From contig JBEGVH010000006.1 in assembly GCA_041178425.1 (NCBI GenBank), positions 128,001-192,000 on the forward strand: a DNA stretch of 64,000 nucleotides, in the 5' to 3' direction. The stretch comes from Pseudomonadota bacterium (GTDB taxonomy: Bacteria > Bdellovibrionota > Bdellovibrionia > Bdellovibrionales > Bdellovibrionaceae). Within the stretch, counting starts at the first letter, position 1. Every line of letters starts with the position of its first letter. Under the pieces are notes generated by a model. The model saw nothing but the letters and a program-made list of their open reading frames with translations. It was not told where the DNA came from and made no database searches. Shown here one piece after another: positions 18,927 to 29,400 of the stretch. The translations under genes and the position numbers were made by a program.

Positions 18927-20863
18927 TGGTTTTTACTCTTGAGGGAAACTGCAGAAGAGCAATAGCTCTCTTGGAAGGCCTTAAACTCATAGCCATTGTT
19001 TCTTCGTGTGATGTTGATGGTAGGATCACTGAGGTCAATGAAAAATTTTGTCAAATCACGGGTTACTCTAAGCAAGAGCTGATTTGGAAGAATCATCGAA
19101 TCATCAATTCTGGGGTATTGCCCAAAGAGTTTTTTGAAAATATGTGGAATACAATCACCGCCGGTAAGGTTTGGCGAGGTGAAATATGCAATCGTAAAAA
19201 AAACGGCGAGCTGTATTGGGTAGATTCAACGATCATTCCGTTGATGAATGATCGTGGGGTGATTGAAGGGTATACTTCGGTACGGTTTGAAATAACACAA
19301 AGAAAAAAACTTGAAAAAAATCTTTTCGAACAGACTCAGAAACTTCAATTGGTTCTCGATAGCTCCAATTTTGGCACATGGGATTGGAATCCTCAAACGA
19401 ACGAAGTTTACTACGATCGTATGTGGTGCGATCAACTTGGGTTGAAGCTAGAAAATGTTGCGCAAGATATCTCGACGTGGCTTGATCGTGTTCATCCAGA
19501 AGATCGAGATTCTTGTTTTGCTGATATCAACGCCCATACTAGTGGACTTTCACCCCATTACGAGAATGTTCATCGAATGCAACATGCCAATGGTCAATGG
19601 GTTTGGGTTTTGGATCGTGGAAAAATTGTTAGTCGAGACTCTCAAGGAAACCCCACTCGCTTTATAGGAACTCATGCGGATATTACCAGGCAGAAAGCAA
19701 AAGAAATAGAATACAAAAGAAATCTCGAGACCAAGTCGGCTATCCTCAGAAGTGCTCGATTTGCCATTATTTCTACCGATGTCAGTGGGGTGATAAATGG
19801 TTTTAATGCGGGGGCTGAGCGAATTCTTGGTTACAGGTCTGAAGAAATGATTGGACTTTGCTCACCTTTATTATTTCATTCGATGGAGGAAATGGTCAGT
19901 TGCGCACAAGCGCTATCGAACCGATTAGGTTATAAAGTGCCACCGGATTTTCAATTGTTTAGTGAACTTTCTAAACTAGATGATGCTAATGATCGCCAAT
20001 GGACCTACGTTGGAAAAAACGGGCAGCGAGTTCAGGTCCGATTGAGTGTTACCCCGCTCCACGATACCGATGGGTCCATCAATGGCTACCTTGGAATTGC
20101 TAAAGATCTAACTGAAGAGCTTGCCACACAACGCACGATTGAGCTTCAAAGAGCGAATCTCGTTTCCTCCTCGAGAATGGCAGCATTAGGAGAGATGGCC
20201 GCTGGTATTGCCCATGAGGTGAATAATCCTCTCGCGATCATTGCCGGAAAGGCAGATGTTTTGCTGCAGGTTATTGCCAAGCAAAGAGAGGTCTCCCCTG
20301 AAAAAATAAAAGAGTCTCTCGAAAAAATAAGTGTTGCGGCCTGGCGGGCATCGAAGATTATTTCGAGTTTAAAAAGTTTGGCTAGAAATGCTGAACGTGA
20401 CCCAAAAACAGTTTTAAACTTTGAGGACGTCCTTTCAGAAGCGCTAGGACTTTGCTCTGAAAAATTCAAACACAATGGAATAGAGCTTCGGGTGGTCGTT
20501 TCAAAGGGAGCTGCCTTTGAGGGGAGAGCTGTTCAGATTGCTCAAATAATCACGAACATTTTAAACAATGCCTTTGATGCGGTGTTGCCTCAGGCTGATA
20601 AATGGGTAGAAATCAGAGTAAAGAAAATGGTGAATAAAATAAAAATACTATTTATTGATTCTGGGCCTGGCATTCCTCAGGACGTTCAGAAAAAGTTAAT
20701 GCAGCCTTTTTTTACCACCAAAGAGGTTGGGCGAGGAACTGGACTGGGCTTGAGTATCTCGAGAAAGATTGCTGAAGAACACGGTGGTGATCTCTATTTT
20801 GATTCGAGCAATCCGAACACTTGTTTTGTGCTCGAATTACCCGCTTATAAAAATAACCATTAA
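18926..20863 (+). CDS. Cytoplasmic triple-PAS sensor histidine kinase
   Basis: Three PAS/PAC domains; H-box GIAHEVNNPL; N, G1 (DSGPGI), F and G2 (GTGLGL) boxes; no TM segments. Confidence 0.92.
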   Translation: MVFTLEGNCRRAIALLEGLKLIAIVSSCDVDGRITEVNEKFCQITGYSKQELIWKNHRIINSGVLPKEFFENMWNTITAGKVWRGEICNRKKNGELYWVDSTIIPLMNDRGVIEGYTSVRFEITQRKKLEKNLFEQTQKLQLVLDSSNFGTWDWNPQTNEVYYDRMWCDQLGLKLENVAQDISTWLDRVHPEDRDSCFADINAHTSGLSPHYENVHRMQHANGQWVWVLDRGKIVSRDSQGNPTRFIGTHADITRQKAKEIEYKRNLETKSAILRSARFAIISTDVSGVINGFNAGAERILGYRSEEMIGLCSPLLFHSMEEMVSCAQALSNRLGYKVPPDFQLFSELSKLDDANDRQWTYVGKNGQRVQVRLSVTPLHDTDGSINGYLGIAKDLTEELATQRTIELQRANLVSSSRMAALGEMAAGIAHEVNNPLAIIAGKADVLLQVIAKQREVSPEKIKESLEKISVAAWRASKIISSLKSLARNAERDPKTVLNFEDVLSEALGLCSEKFKHNGIELRVVVSKGAAFEGRAVQIAQIITNILNNAFDAVLPQADKWVEIRVKKMVNKIKILFIDSGPGIPQDVQKKLMQPFFTTKEVGRGTGLGLSISRKIAEEHGGDLYFDSSNPNTCFVLELPAYKNNH

Positions 20864-23800
20864 TGAATACTTGGTTCGATTTCTTTTTTGCTCGAGTGAC
20901 CAACTTCCAGTTCGACGTGTTTATTGGAGTTCGAGGTAATCATCTTTGATCCCACATTGCGAATCATCCAGCGTCGAGCTCTCTCGATATAGCTAAACAC
21001 AGCGGGCATCAGTATGAGCGTCAAAATCGTTGAAATGATCACTCCACCGACAACTGCAATACCCAGTGATTTTCTCTGCGAAGAAGCTTCGTTGAGCCCG
21101 ATGGCAACGGGCATCATGCCCGCAATGAGTGCCAAGGTGGTCATTAGAATCGGACGCAATCTCGTTTTGCACCCTTCAACAATAGCCGTATTGAGCTCCA
21201 CGCCTTCCTGAAGTTTTTGATTTATATAGTCAATCAGAATGATCGAGTTTTTGGTGGCGAGTCCCATAAGCATGATACATCCAATCATCGAGAATAAATC
21301 AAGGGTGGAGTGCATGACAAAGAGCCCGAAAAAACCACCGAAAATCGCGAAGGGAATAACCAACATAATCGCAAAAGGAGTAACAATCGACTCATACAGA
21401 GAGGCCAGTACGAGAAAGATAAACACAATGGCTAAAAGACCTGCGTTGATCATACTCACGCCGAGTTCTTGAAAGTTCTCAGCCTGCCCCACGAACCGAT
21501 AAGTAACACCCTCAGGAAGTTGAACTTCACCAGAGGCAAACATCGCCTTAATGTCTTGGATAGCGCCTCCCATTCCAGGGCCTTTAGGATTTACGTCGGC
21601 TTCGATACTGACATATCGACCTCGATTTTCACGGTTGATAGTGGCAAAGCCTACCTCTTTTGTGTAGCTGGCAAAATCTCTGACGTAAACCGGGCGATAA
21701 TTAAGATTCGGTACGGTCACCACGGGAAAGAATTTTTCGAGATCTCGTTGGTCTTCTTGGAGTTTCACTCGAATGTCATATTCGAGGCCTTTTTCTCTAA
21801 ACTTGGAGGCCACCACTCCCTCCACTTGAGCGCGCAACTCACCGCCCACCATCAGCGGGGTGACTCCGTAGGACTGCGCTTTCTCCTTATCGATCGAAAT
21901 TTGAAACTCGGGGAGACCTGGCTTATCAGAGATCTCTGGATCAATTAGAGCCTTATGATTTTTAAGTTTTTCGAAAAGCTTTTGAGAGACTTCCCGCACT
22001 TGAGCGAGATCTTGGCCCACGATATTAATCACAAACGGACGTTGCCCAGCACCCACAAAATCAACGTCTTTCACCTTAGGCTTTGCGTAGGCGTATTTTT
22101 TTAACATGTCTCGGGTTTCTTCTTTGACCTGGCTGGTAGTTTTCGTACGTTTCCCGAAGGGTGTCAGTTTAACGTAGATGTCTCCCACATAGGAGCGTCC
22201 GCTGGTGTCGCCAACAGTCACGAGCATTAGATCAACAGTAGGATTTTGTTTAATGTCTTTTTCAACGTCTTGAATCAGCGTGGTCATTTTATCAATCGTG
22301 CTTCCGGGGTCTAGCTCGAGTGCCACCGTGAATTCACCAGAATCGTTCGTCGGTATAAAGGTCTTGGGAATAAAAATTACGCTTGAAGCAAGTCCTACAA
22401 TGAGGACCGAGAGTGCCGCGAGAGTCAAAAAAGGACGTTGCAAAACACCTTTAATCAGTTTTTCGTACCCGTTTTCGAGGGAGTTTTGCAAACGATCGAA
22501 GAGAACAAGCACCGAAAAGATTGGTCGTTTCCAGTTGAGGGGTTTACCATTGAGTGTTTCATGGCTTCCACCAAAATAAGCAGAGAGCATTGGAGCATTA
22601 GAAAGTGCATCAAAGAGGCTAATGATCATCACAAAACACACGCCAAGACCAAATGACTTAAAAAACTGTCCTACCACACCAGATAGAAAGGCAATCGGTG
22701 CGAACACGGCGAGAACAGCGAGGGTAACAGCAAGAACGGCTACACCCACCTCGGCGGTTCCATCAAGGGCGGCTTGAGACGGGGATTTTCCCATTTCTAG
22801 GTGCCGAAAAATATTCTCTCGCACCACAATCGCGTCATCGATGAGAAGACCTACTGCCAAGGAAAAAGCCAAGAGAGACATGATATTAATTGTGAGACCA
22901 ACGGCAGCAAAGAGTGCAAAGGAGCCAATCAGTGACACAGGAATCGCAAAGCCGGTGATGATCGTTGAACGGGTCGAGCCTAAGAAAAGATAAACAACCA
23001 GGATCGTTAAAATAATTCCAAAAATAATCGACTCGCCCACATCGACCACATTGGCCCAAATAAATTTGGTAGCATCGCGAATAATAATGACTTTGGTGTC
23101 TTTGCCATAAACTCTAGAGAGTTCTTCGTTGATTTTATCGAGCTTCTTATAGATATCTTTTGCCACGGCGACAGTGTTTGTGCCTGACTGTTTATAGATA
23201 TTGAGAAAGAGACTCTTTTCGCCGTTAAGATAAACCCGTAAGCGTTCAGTTTCTAAGGTGTCAGTGACAGTTCCGATATCTGAGACTTTAGTAACGGCAT
23301 CGTTTCCATAGAAGCTCACAATTGAGTTTTTAATCTGATCGAGGGAGTTAAATTCTCCCAAAGTACGAAAGACCATTTCTGATTCAGCTTGGTCGATTTT
23401 TCCAGCCGGAACATTCTGACCGCTATTTTTTAAAGCGCCTGCAATTTGTGTGACTGAGAGTTCCCGCGCCTTCATTCGATCGCGATTAACTTGTACCTGA
23501 ATTTCCCTTTTTCTTCCCCCAATAATTTCAACCAAACCAACCTGATTGACTTGCTCGAGAAGGGGCTTGATTTTCTCACTCGCTAGGTCAAAGAGCTCTC
23601 CCCCTTCGAGCTTAGAATCTAACGCCATCACCATGATTGGTTGGGCGGAAGGATCTAGTCGACGTATAATTGACTCTTCGAGGCCATCGGGCAATCGTCG
23701 TTTAACACTGGCTACTTTGTCCCGCACTTGCTGTTCAGCGTACTTGATATCCATACTGAGATTAAATTCGCAAATGACAAAACTCACCGATTCTCGGTTG

Positions 23801-24048
23801 ACCGAGCGAATATTTTTAATGCCCGCAATTGAAGAGAGTTCCTCTTCGATGGGTTTTGATACAAGTGTTTCAATTTCATTTGGCCCTGCCCCGGGGTACA
23901 AGGTTTGCACAGTGACCACTGGAAAGTTGATATCCGGAAAGAGTTCTACCGGAATATTCTTGAAGGCAAAGTAACCAACAGTCATGAGGGCCGCAAGCAC
24001 CGACGACATAAAAATCGGTCGTTTAATTGAGATTTCCCAAATTTTCAT
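20860..24048 (-). CDS. RND efflux transporter permease (AcrB/HAE1 family)
   Basis: ISIKRPIF, GLLIDDAIVVRENI, KNSIILID, RLRPILMTT; 12-TM layout. Confidence 0.93.
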   Translation of the reverse strand: MKIWEISIKRPIFMSSVLAALMTVGYFAFKNIPVELFPDINFPVVTVQTLYPGAGPNEIETLVSKPIEEELSSIAGIKNIRSVNRESVSFVICEFNLSMDIKYAEQQVRDKVASVKRRLPDGLEESIIRRLDPSAQPIMVMALDSKLEGGELFDLASEKIKPLLEQVNQVGLVEIIGGRKREIQVQVNRDRMKARELSVTQIAGALKNSGQNVPAGKIDQAESEMVFRTLGEFNSLDQIKNSIVSFYGNDAVTKVSDIGTVTDTLETERLRVYLNGEKSLFLNIYKQSGTNTVAVAKDIYKKLDKINEELSRVYGKDTKVIIIRDATKFIWANVVDVGESIIFGIILTILVVYLFLGSTRSTIITGFAIPVSLIGSFALFAAVGLTINIMSLLAFSLAVGLLIDDAIVVRENIFRHLEMGKSPSQAALDGTAEVGVAVLAVTLAVLAVFAPIAFLSGVVGQFFKSFGLGVCFVMIISLFDALSNAPMLSAYFGGSHETLNGKPLNWKRPIFSVLVLFDRLQNSLENGYEKLIKGVLQRPFLTLAALSVLIVGLASSVIFIPKTFIPTNDSGEFTVALELDPGSTIDKMTTLIQDVEKDIKQNPTVDLMLVTVGDTSGRSYVGDIYVKLTPFGKRTKTTSQVKEETRDMLKKYAYAKPKVKDVDFVGAGQRPFVINIVGQDLAQVREVSQKLFEKLKNHKALIDPEISDKPGLPEFQISIDKEKAQSYGVTPLMVGGELRAQVEGVVASKFREKGLEYDIRVKLQEDQRDLEKFFPVVTVPNLNYRPVYVRDFASYTKEVGFATINRENRGRYVSIEADVNPKGPGMGGAIQDIKAMFASGEVQLPEGVTYRFVGQAENFQELGVSMINAGLLAIVFIFLVLASLYESIVTPFAIMLVIPFAIFGGFFGLFVMHSTLDLFSMIGCIMLMGLATKNSIILIDYINQKLQEGVELNTAIVEGCKTRLRPILMTTLALIAGMMPVAIGLNEASSQRKSLGIAVVGGVIISTILTLILMPAVFSYIERARRWMIRNVGSKMITSNSNKHVELEVGHSSKKEIEPSIH

Positions 24049-24057
24049 AGCAGCTCC

Positions 24058-25476
24058 CTACCTAAATAGGCTCAGTGAATTAATAAACTTTCGTAGTTCG
24101 CGTTCCGTATTGATGCGCTGGTTTCTGGTATTAACATAGTCTTGTTCGAAGTTCAGAACCTGATAGGTGGTTGATCGTCCGTTATTGTATTTTTCTCGTT
24201 CCAGATTAGCCTTATTCTTTTGAATAACCTCGAGGTTATAAATAATTTTTAATTGGCTTGCGAGGGCCTCGGCCTGATCGACTGTATTTTTCCATTGAAG
24301 AGTTTCAGTTCTCGCACGAACCTTCTCAGCTAAAACCTGGCTCTGTTGAAGTTGTTCATAACCCTGCTTCGAGTCATTGAGGTTCCCGATGTCGATAGGC
24401 ATCGAGAATTGAACGGCGAACATATAAGAATCTTTTTTCTCGCGAAAAACGTTGGATTGGGCAACTCCAAACTCCGTGTCTCGACCCTGCCTTAAGTAAG
24501 AGGCGTTTAAGTTTATGTTGGGCTTATTTTTTTCCTTTTGAATTTGATACCCCGCCTCCGTGGCGTTGATATTTTCTTTTTCGATTTCAAGATCCATTCT
24601 CTGTTTGTGTTGAGATTTACTGAGTTCGAGATTTTTAAGGTCGATGTCTTCCATTATCAAATCAAAATCAACGGATTCCTCTTTTTTTTCTAAAAAAGCA
24701 TTAAATGTGCGTGAGGCCTCTTTTAATCTCATCTCTGCGTTCACAAGATCTATTTTTCGAGCAGCAACGAGGGCCTGAATTTGGTACACATCACCCTGGT
24801 CGGCTAGGTTTCGTGAGAATCTCGATTTGGCCCAGCCAAGAATTTTTTCAGCTCTTGCCAGGGAGTCTTTTTGGATTTCAAAATTCTGTTGCTGGGTTGC
24901 TAAGTTTATATAAGCTTCTTTGATTTCGTTCTCTTTTTGTATAAAGGATAGCTCGTTTCGCAACGTCTGCATTTTTAACTGAGCTGCCAGTTGTTTTTTG
25001 GTCGCTTGAATCTCGTTGCCCATCCAGTCGCGCCAAAGCGGAATAGATAATTCAAGTTTAGGGTAGGCATCAAAGTATTCGGGTTGTGGAAGCAAGGTTG
25101 CATTTTGAATGTTTGTGTAGGAGTAGTTTTGCGTAAGACTCCAGCTTAAGCCCAGCAGGGATTTTTGTTGGAATCCGAAGGCGTAACTTTTATTGATGGT
25201 TTTAGTTCCTGCGAAGGCCGGGTTTACGGTCGGGCGTCCATCGGAAAGATAAGAGCTATTTGCGATCAGGTTAACACTCGTCAGCAGTTCAGAGTTGTTC
25301 TTTGTTTTTATAGACCCCTCTTTAGCCATTTGAGCGGACTTCCATGAAGGATCGCTGGCTTGAGCCCATTCGATGTATTGTTTTAGTGTTATGGCCGTTC
25401 GCGAGGACGGTGGAGGTGTTGCCAATCCTACAGAGCCTACGAAAGCAAAAGAGAGAGGTAAGATTTTTTTTATCAT
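24058..25476 (-). CDS. TolC-family outer membrane efflux protein
   Basis: Signal peptide, helical OEP repeats (LSIPLW, ERE KYNNGRSTTYQVL), operon context. Confidence 0.82.
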   Translation of the reverse strand: MIKKILPLSFAFVGSVGLATPPPSSRTAITLKQYIEWAQASDPSWKSAQMAKEGSIKTKNNSELLTSVNLIANSSYLSDGRPTVNPAFAGTKTINKSYAFGFQQKSLLGLSWSLTQNYSYTNIQNATLLPQPEYFDAYPKLELSIPLWRDWMGNEIQATKKQLAAQLKMQTLRNELSFIQKENEIKEAYINLATQQQNFEIQKDSLARAEKILGWAKSRFSRNLADQGDVYQIQALVAARKIDLVNAEMRLKEASRTFNAFLEKKEESVDFDLIMEDIDLKNLELSKSQHKQRMDLEIEKENINATEAGYQIQKEKNKPNINLNASYLRQGRDTEFGVAQSNVFREKKDSYMFAVQFSMPIDIGNLNDSKQGYEQLQQSQVLAEKVRARTETLQWKNTVDQAEALASQLKIIYNLEVIQKNKANLEREKYNNGRSTTYQVLNFEQDYVNTRNQRINTERELRKFINSLSLFR

Positions 25477-26111
25477 TTCATTATTCCTTCTAAAAAAAGC
25501 TCTGAAATAAAATCGATGAGTTTATTTTTATCGCGAGGAAGTTTAATATCAACTCGGACTGGCGTGAGACCACATTCGTGGGCCAGTAAAAATCCGTGAA
25601 TAGCTTCGATAGCAATCCCAATAAATAACTCAGGCCTAAAGTCGGATCGGATAATCTTTTTTTGTTTTGCCTCCTCAAACATTTTTACCACTTCTTTGGC
25701 AATGGGCTCGGTGTATTTTGCTTGGATCTCTTTTGCCAGTGACATTTCGTTCAGCTTTTCTCGTTGTAAAAGGCGGGTAATCTCGGGATTGCTGATCTTC
25801 ATATCGACCATAAAAGAAATTAGTGATCTCATATTGGAACGGAAAGTTTTGGCTGTTAGGGCTGTCTTAGCGTTTACTTCTAAAATCTGTGAAGCTCCGA
25901 GGGTCGCTTCTTTTAGGAACTCAGTTAGAAGTGTTTTGTATAAGCCTTCTTTGCCACCAAAATAGTAACTAATCATTGAAATGTTTTGTCCGGAGGCCTT
26001 GGCGAGTTCTCTCACAGACACGGCATGATAACCTTTCTGTGAAAAGAGTTTTAACGCCGACTGAAGAATTTCTTTTCTCGCTTGAAGAGTTAACTTTTGA
26101 TCTTGCGTCAT
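25473..26111 (-). CDS. TetR/AcrR-family transcriptional regulator
   Basis: ILQSALKLFSQKGYHAVSVRELAKASGQNISMISYYFGGKEGLY HTH. Confidence 0.93.
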   Translation of the reverse strand: MTQDQKLTLQARKEILQSALKLFSQKGYHAVSVRELAKASGQNISMISYYFGGKEGLYKTLLTEFLKEATLGASQILEVNAKTALTAKTFRSNMRSLISFMVDMKISNPEITRLLQREKLNEMSLAKEIQAKYTEPIAKEVVKMFEEAKQKKIIRSDFRPELFIGIAIEAIHGFLLAHECGLTPVRVDIKLPRDKNKLIDFISELFLEGIMK

Positions 26112-26121
26112 GGTTAAGAAG

Positions 26122-26175
26122 CTAAATCAAACGTTCGTTTAATGCAATTTTATTTTAAACGAACGTTTGATTTAG
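26122..26175. promoter_or_regulatory. Double TetR operator (perfect 21-bp inverted repeat)
   Basis: CTAAATCAAACGTTCGTTTAA, 12 nt, TTAAACGAACGTTTGATTTAG; each arm contains an AAACGnnCGTTT palindrome; 10 nt upstream of the tetR start. Confidence 0.8.
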
Positions 26176-26366
26176 GATCATTTTAAGATTTTTGTTTTCA
26201 AGTCGTAATATGGCTCCTTGCGCTAAAACATTTGATTGGTCTGAGGTGTATCAAAATGGTTGTCTTTCATTTTGCCCTGCACCTAAGGCGTGTTCATCGC
26301 GCGCCTGAAGGTCCCAACTTGCCTCAGTTGTTTTCTGGCGTGAAAATTAACAAGACTGGAGGCCTC

Positions 26367-26828
26367 ATGAATCTTTCGATGCTTAAATCAATCTATCTAT
26401 TCAACGAATTTTCTGAAGACGATCTAAAGAAAATAGCGGCAACGGGAATTGAAAAAACGATTGTTGCAGGCCAAGAAATTTTTTCGGTCGGACAAGAAGC
26501 CTCGGCTTTTTACGTGGTTCTTATGGGTTCGGTAAAGTTAACGGTGAATTCGGGAAGTGGCGACGAGATACAGATTCGCACTTTAGGATCTGGAGCCCAT
26601 TTTGGAGAAATGCCCCTGATTGATGGCGAAAAGAGATCAGCCTCGGTGCAGGCGGTTGAAACTTGTCATGTGCTAGAAATTCCCTATGGCAAGCTACTTG
26701 CTCTCTTTGAGAAAGATCTTTCCGTGGCCTGTCGCTTTTATCGATCAGCGGCTAAATTTATGGCCATTCGACTGAGAGCCACAACGAATGATCTCAATCA
26801 ATTAAAAGAAATTAAATTCCAGCATTGA
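26367..26828 (+). CDS. Cyclic nucleotide-binding domain protein
   Basis: FYVVLMGSV, HFGEMPLIDGEKRSASVQA; GGAGG RBS before ATG 26367; no HTH. Confidence 0.88.
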   Translation: MNLSMLKSIYLFNEFSEDDLKKIAATGIEKTIVAGQEIFSVGQEASAFYVVLMGSVKLTVNSGSGDEIQIRTLGSGAHFGEMPLIDGEKRSASVQAVETCHVLEIPYGKLLALFEKDLSVACRFYRSAAKFMAIRLRATTNDLNQLKEIKFQH

Positions 26829-26834
26829 TCCCGT

Positions 26835-26863
26835 AAAAACCAGGGGCTTTGTCATGTCCCTGG
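26835..26863 (-). terminator. Possible intrinsic terminator between convergent genes
   Basis: AAAAA-CCAGGGGC...GTCCCTGG hairpin. Confidence 0.4.
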
Positions 26864-26873
26864 GGATGCGAGC

Positions 26874-28031
26874 CTATTTTGAATTTTGGAACGCAAAGCG
26901 TGGATCGAGCTTTATGACTTCAGCATCGACCAGATACGACTCGATTTTTTTGAATCTCTCAGCATCTAACTGTGAAACGAAGGTGATCGCCTGGCCGCTT
27001 CGTCCTGCACGAGCCGTGCGGCCGATACGGTGAAGAAAATCCTCCGGTTCGTAAGGAAGATCAACGTTAATTACGGTTCCTATTTCGGGGATATCCAGGC
27101 CGCGAGCGAGCAGGTCGGTCGAAACCAAGATTCTGTTTGCACCCTCTCTGAATTCACGCACTACGCGATTGCGATGTCCTTGGACCATGTCGCCATGAAT
27201 GAAGTCACTTTTCACTCCGTTATATTGAAGGTACTGACCAATCTCTTCACATCGACTCTGATCGGCAGCAAAGATGATGACCGACTTTTTGGTTTTTTTG
27301 AGTTCAATGAGGAGTTGATCGTTCTTTTGGTTCTTTCTCATAAAAATCACGGTTTGTTTAAGCTTTGCTACCGGTGATTCAGCTTGGTTCCCTCGCAAAA
27401 GGTAGGGGGGCGACTGAAAAAAACCAGTCGATAGTTTTTCAACGGAGGCATTGACGCTGGCAGAAAACATAAGGGTTTGCCATTGTCCACGGAGAGTCGC
27501 CCGAATCTTTTCAAGCTGTGGCGCAAAACCCATATCGAGCATACGATCGGCTTCATCAATCACAATGTGTTCAACGCCCTTAAGGAGAAGCTTGTTTGTG
27601 TGTAAGTGGTCGAGCATGCGTCCTGGCGTGGCAACAATGAGTCGTGGGAGTTTGCGAAGAGCGCTCACTTGTTTATCGTTCGGAGTTCCGGCAGTCACGA
27701 GAACAGGCTCAATTTCCGTTAAAAGCGAAAGATCAGAAAATACCTTGTGGATTTGTTGAGCCATCTCGCGACTGGGCGCAAAGGCTATGGCTCGGCTGGT
27801 GGGTTTTTTTGTTAAGGCCGCCAAAACCGGAAGAACGAAAGCCATCGTTTTACCACTGCCTGTTTGGGCGATGCCGATGAGATTATGGCCTTCGAGCGCA
27901 AGAGGAATGGCTCTCGCCTGAATTTCTGTGGGTTTTTTTATTCCACGGTGTTGAATGAATCGAACGATATCTTCAGCGAGCCCCATATCTTCGAATGAAT
28001 TAATTGATATATCAGATGTTTTTAATTCCAT
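26874..28031 (-). CDS. DEAD-box RNA helicase
   Basis: Q motif, AQTGSGKT, PSREMA, TPGRM, DEADRMLDMGF, ARGLDI, HRIGRTAR. Confidence 0.93.
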   Translation of the reverse strand: MELKTSDISINSFEDMGLAEDIVRFIQHRGIKKPTEIQARAIPLALEGHNLIGIAQTGSGKTMAFVLPVLAALTKKPTSRAIAFAPSREMAQQIHKVFSDLSLLTEIEPVLVTAGTPNDKQVSALRKLPRLIVATPGRMLDHLHTNKLLLKGVEHIVIDEADRMLDMGFAPQLEKIRATLRGQWQTLMFSASVNASVEKLSTGFFQSPPYLLRGNQAESPVAKLKQTVIFMRKNQKNDQLLIELKKTKKSVIIFAADQSRCEEIGQYLQYNGVKSDFIHGDMVQGHRNRVVREFREGANRILVSTDLLARGLDIPEIGTVINVDLPYEPEDFLHRIGRTARAGRSGQAITFVSQLDAERFKKIESYLVDAEVIKLDPRFAFQNSK

Positions 28032-28261
28032 AGTTAAACTCCGATCGGGCCTTGGTGTCTGTTGAATTGCTAAGAGGCTCTGGTGTACCTCGAAGAAGAA
28101 TGAAAGGGGTAGCACGAAATAGGAGATGGAACCGAAAAAGATGTAGTTTTTTTCATTGATTTACATTCTTTCAACTCCGATGACGCTTCTTGATCCTTGC
28201 CGCAAAGTGATGTCTTTTACGATGAGAAATCAAAGAGATTTAAGGGGATTTTGGGGGTTGT

Positions 28262-28840
28262 ATGGTGAGATCGGTGTCTTTCGTTCTTTTGACGAGTCTT
28301 TTGGGTTTGGCGTCTGGTGCTCAGAGTAAAACGATTGGCTTTCGTGAAGGCCAGGAATTGCAAATGGTGAAGCGAAGCGGGGTGGTAAGGTACTCGTGCA
28401 ATAGGGGATACTTTGATGAACCTCAACAACGACTCTGCTCTTCGAAAACGATCTCTCCTGGCAATGGGGGCTACTTTTACCATCCACCACTCGCCAAAGG
28501 AAATGCAGTCAAGTTAACAGTTCTTCATGCTGAGGGGCCAAGAACCCAAATGCGGGGTTGGAATCGTATCACCGGAGAAACCCTCGACACCTTTGAACTT
28601 TTAAATTTTAACCTCGAGCGTCGCTCGTTGTTGGCTCTAGGTAAAAACAAAATTACTTATCAGATCATACAAAAAGAGGAGGTCGTGGCCTCTGGATCTT
28701 TTGAGGTAACAGTGACTGAGAAAATTGAGAAATGTGCTTCAAGGTATTTAGGTGTTTCGAACGGCTGGGATTATTATCGCTGTATTCACGATGAAAGAAT
28801 CTGCAAAGAGTATCTCGAGGACTTTGCGGGGTGCCAGTAA
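28262..28840 (+). CDS. Secreted hypothetical protein (Cys-containing)
   Basis: Signal peptide; followed by a terminator. Confidence 0.7.
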   Translation: MVRSVSFVLLTSLLGLASGAQSKTIGFREGQELQMVKRSGVVRYSCNRGYFDEPQQRLCSSKTISPGNGGYFYHPPLAKGNAVKLTVLHAEGPRTQMRGWNRITGETLDTFELLNFNLERRSLLALGKNKITYQIIQKEEVVASGSFEVTVTEKIEKCASRYLGVSNGWDYYRCIHDERICKEYLEDFAGCQ

Positions 28841-28880
28841 CAGCAGAGCATCAATAACAAGGTTTCAAAGCTGGATTGAT

Positions 28881-28917
28881 AAAAAAAAGCCCCGACTGAA
28901 CGTTGGGGCTTTTTTTT
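28881..28917. terminator. Bidirectional intrinsic terminator
   Basis: A8-GCCCCGAC-TGAAC-GTTGGGGC-T8 between convergent genes. Confidence 0.88.
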
Positions 28918-28941
28918 ATGTAAAGATAGTTGAATCGCTTA

Positions 28942-29400
28942 TTAGTGCTTTTGGCAGCAAACAGCGTGACCTTTGAAGAGGTTCAAAAGTTCTGGATTAG
29001 CTTTCTTTGTATCCATCAAAAGCGCTCTGAGAGGATAGGTTTTACCTGATCTCTGGTGAGTGCAATCGTCAGATTTAACAAGATTCAAAGTGAGTGGGTG
29101 TTTTTTGTCTTCTGCTTTAATTAATTGAACCACTTCGATCACACGGCGTGGATAAAGGTTCGTGCTGATGATTCTTGCCAATAGATCTGTTTTTTCAGCG
29201 TCTTGAGTAAGGGTTGCGTGAGAGTAGCCAGACTCAGAAACCGTCAGTCGAACATCGAATTGACCTTCTGAATCTACGCAATAAAGGCGTTGAGGGCCTT
29301 TGTGTGTTAGAGCTGAAATGACTTCGTTCACAGAATGATTTCCGGCATGAGCCGTTCCCATTGCTAGTATTACAGAGATCAGAGTTAATAGTTTGTTCAT
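28942..29400 (-). CDS. Secreted hypothetical protein
   Basis: AAGGGGG RBS; MNKLLTLISVILAMGTAHA signal peptide; C-terminal CTHQRSGKTYP...AVCC. Confidence 0.7.
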   Translation of the reverse strand: MNKLLTLISVILAMGTAHAGNHSVNEVISALTHKGPQRLYCVDSEGQFDVRLTVSESGYSHATLTQDAEKTDLLARIISTNLYPRRVIEVVQLIKAEDKKHPLTLNLVKSDDCTHQRSGKTYPLRALLMDTKKANPELLNLFKGHAVCCQKH

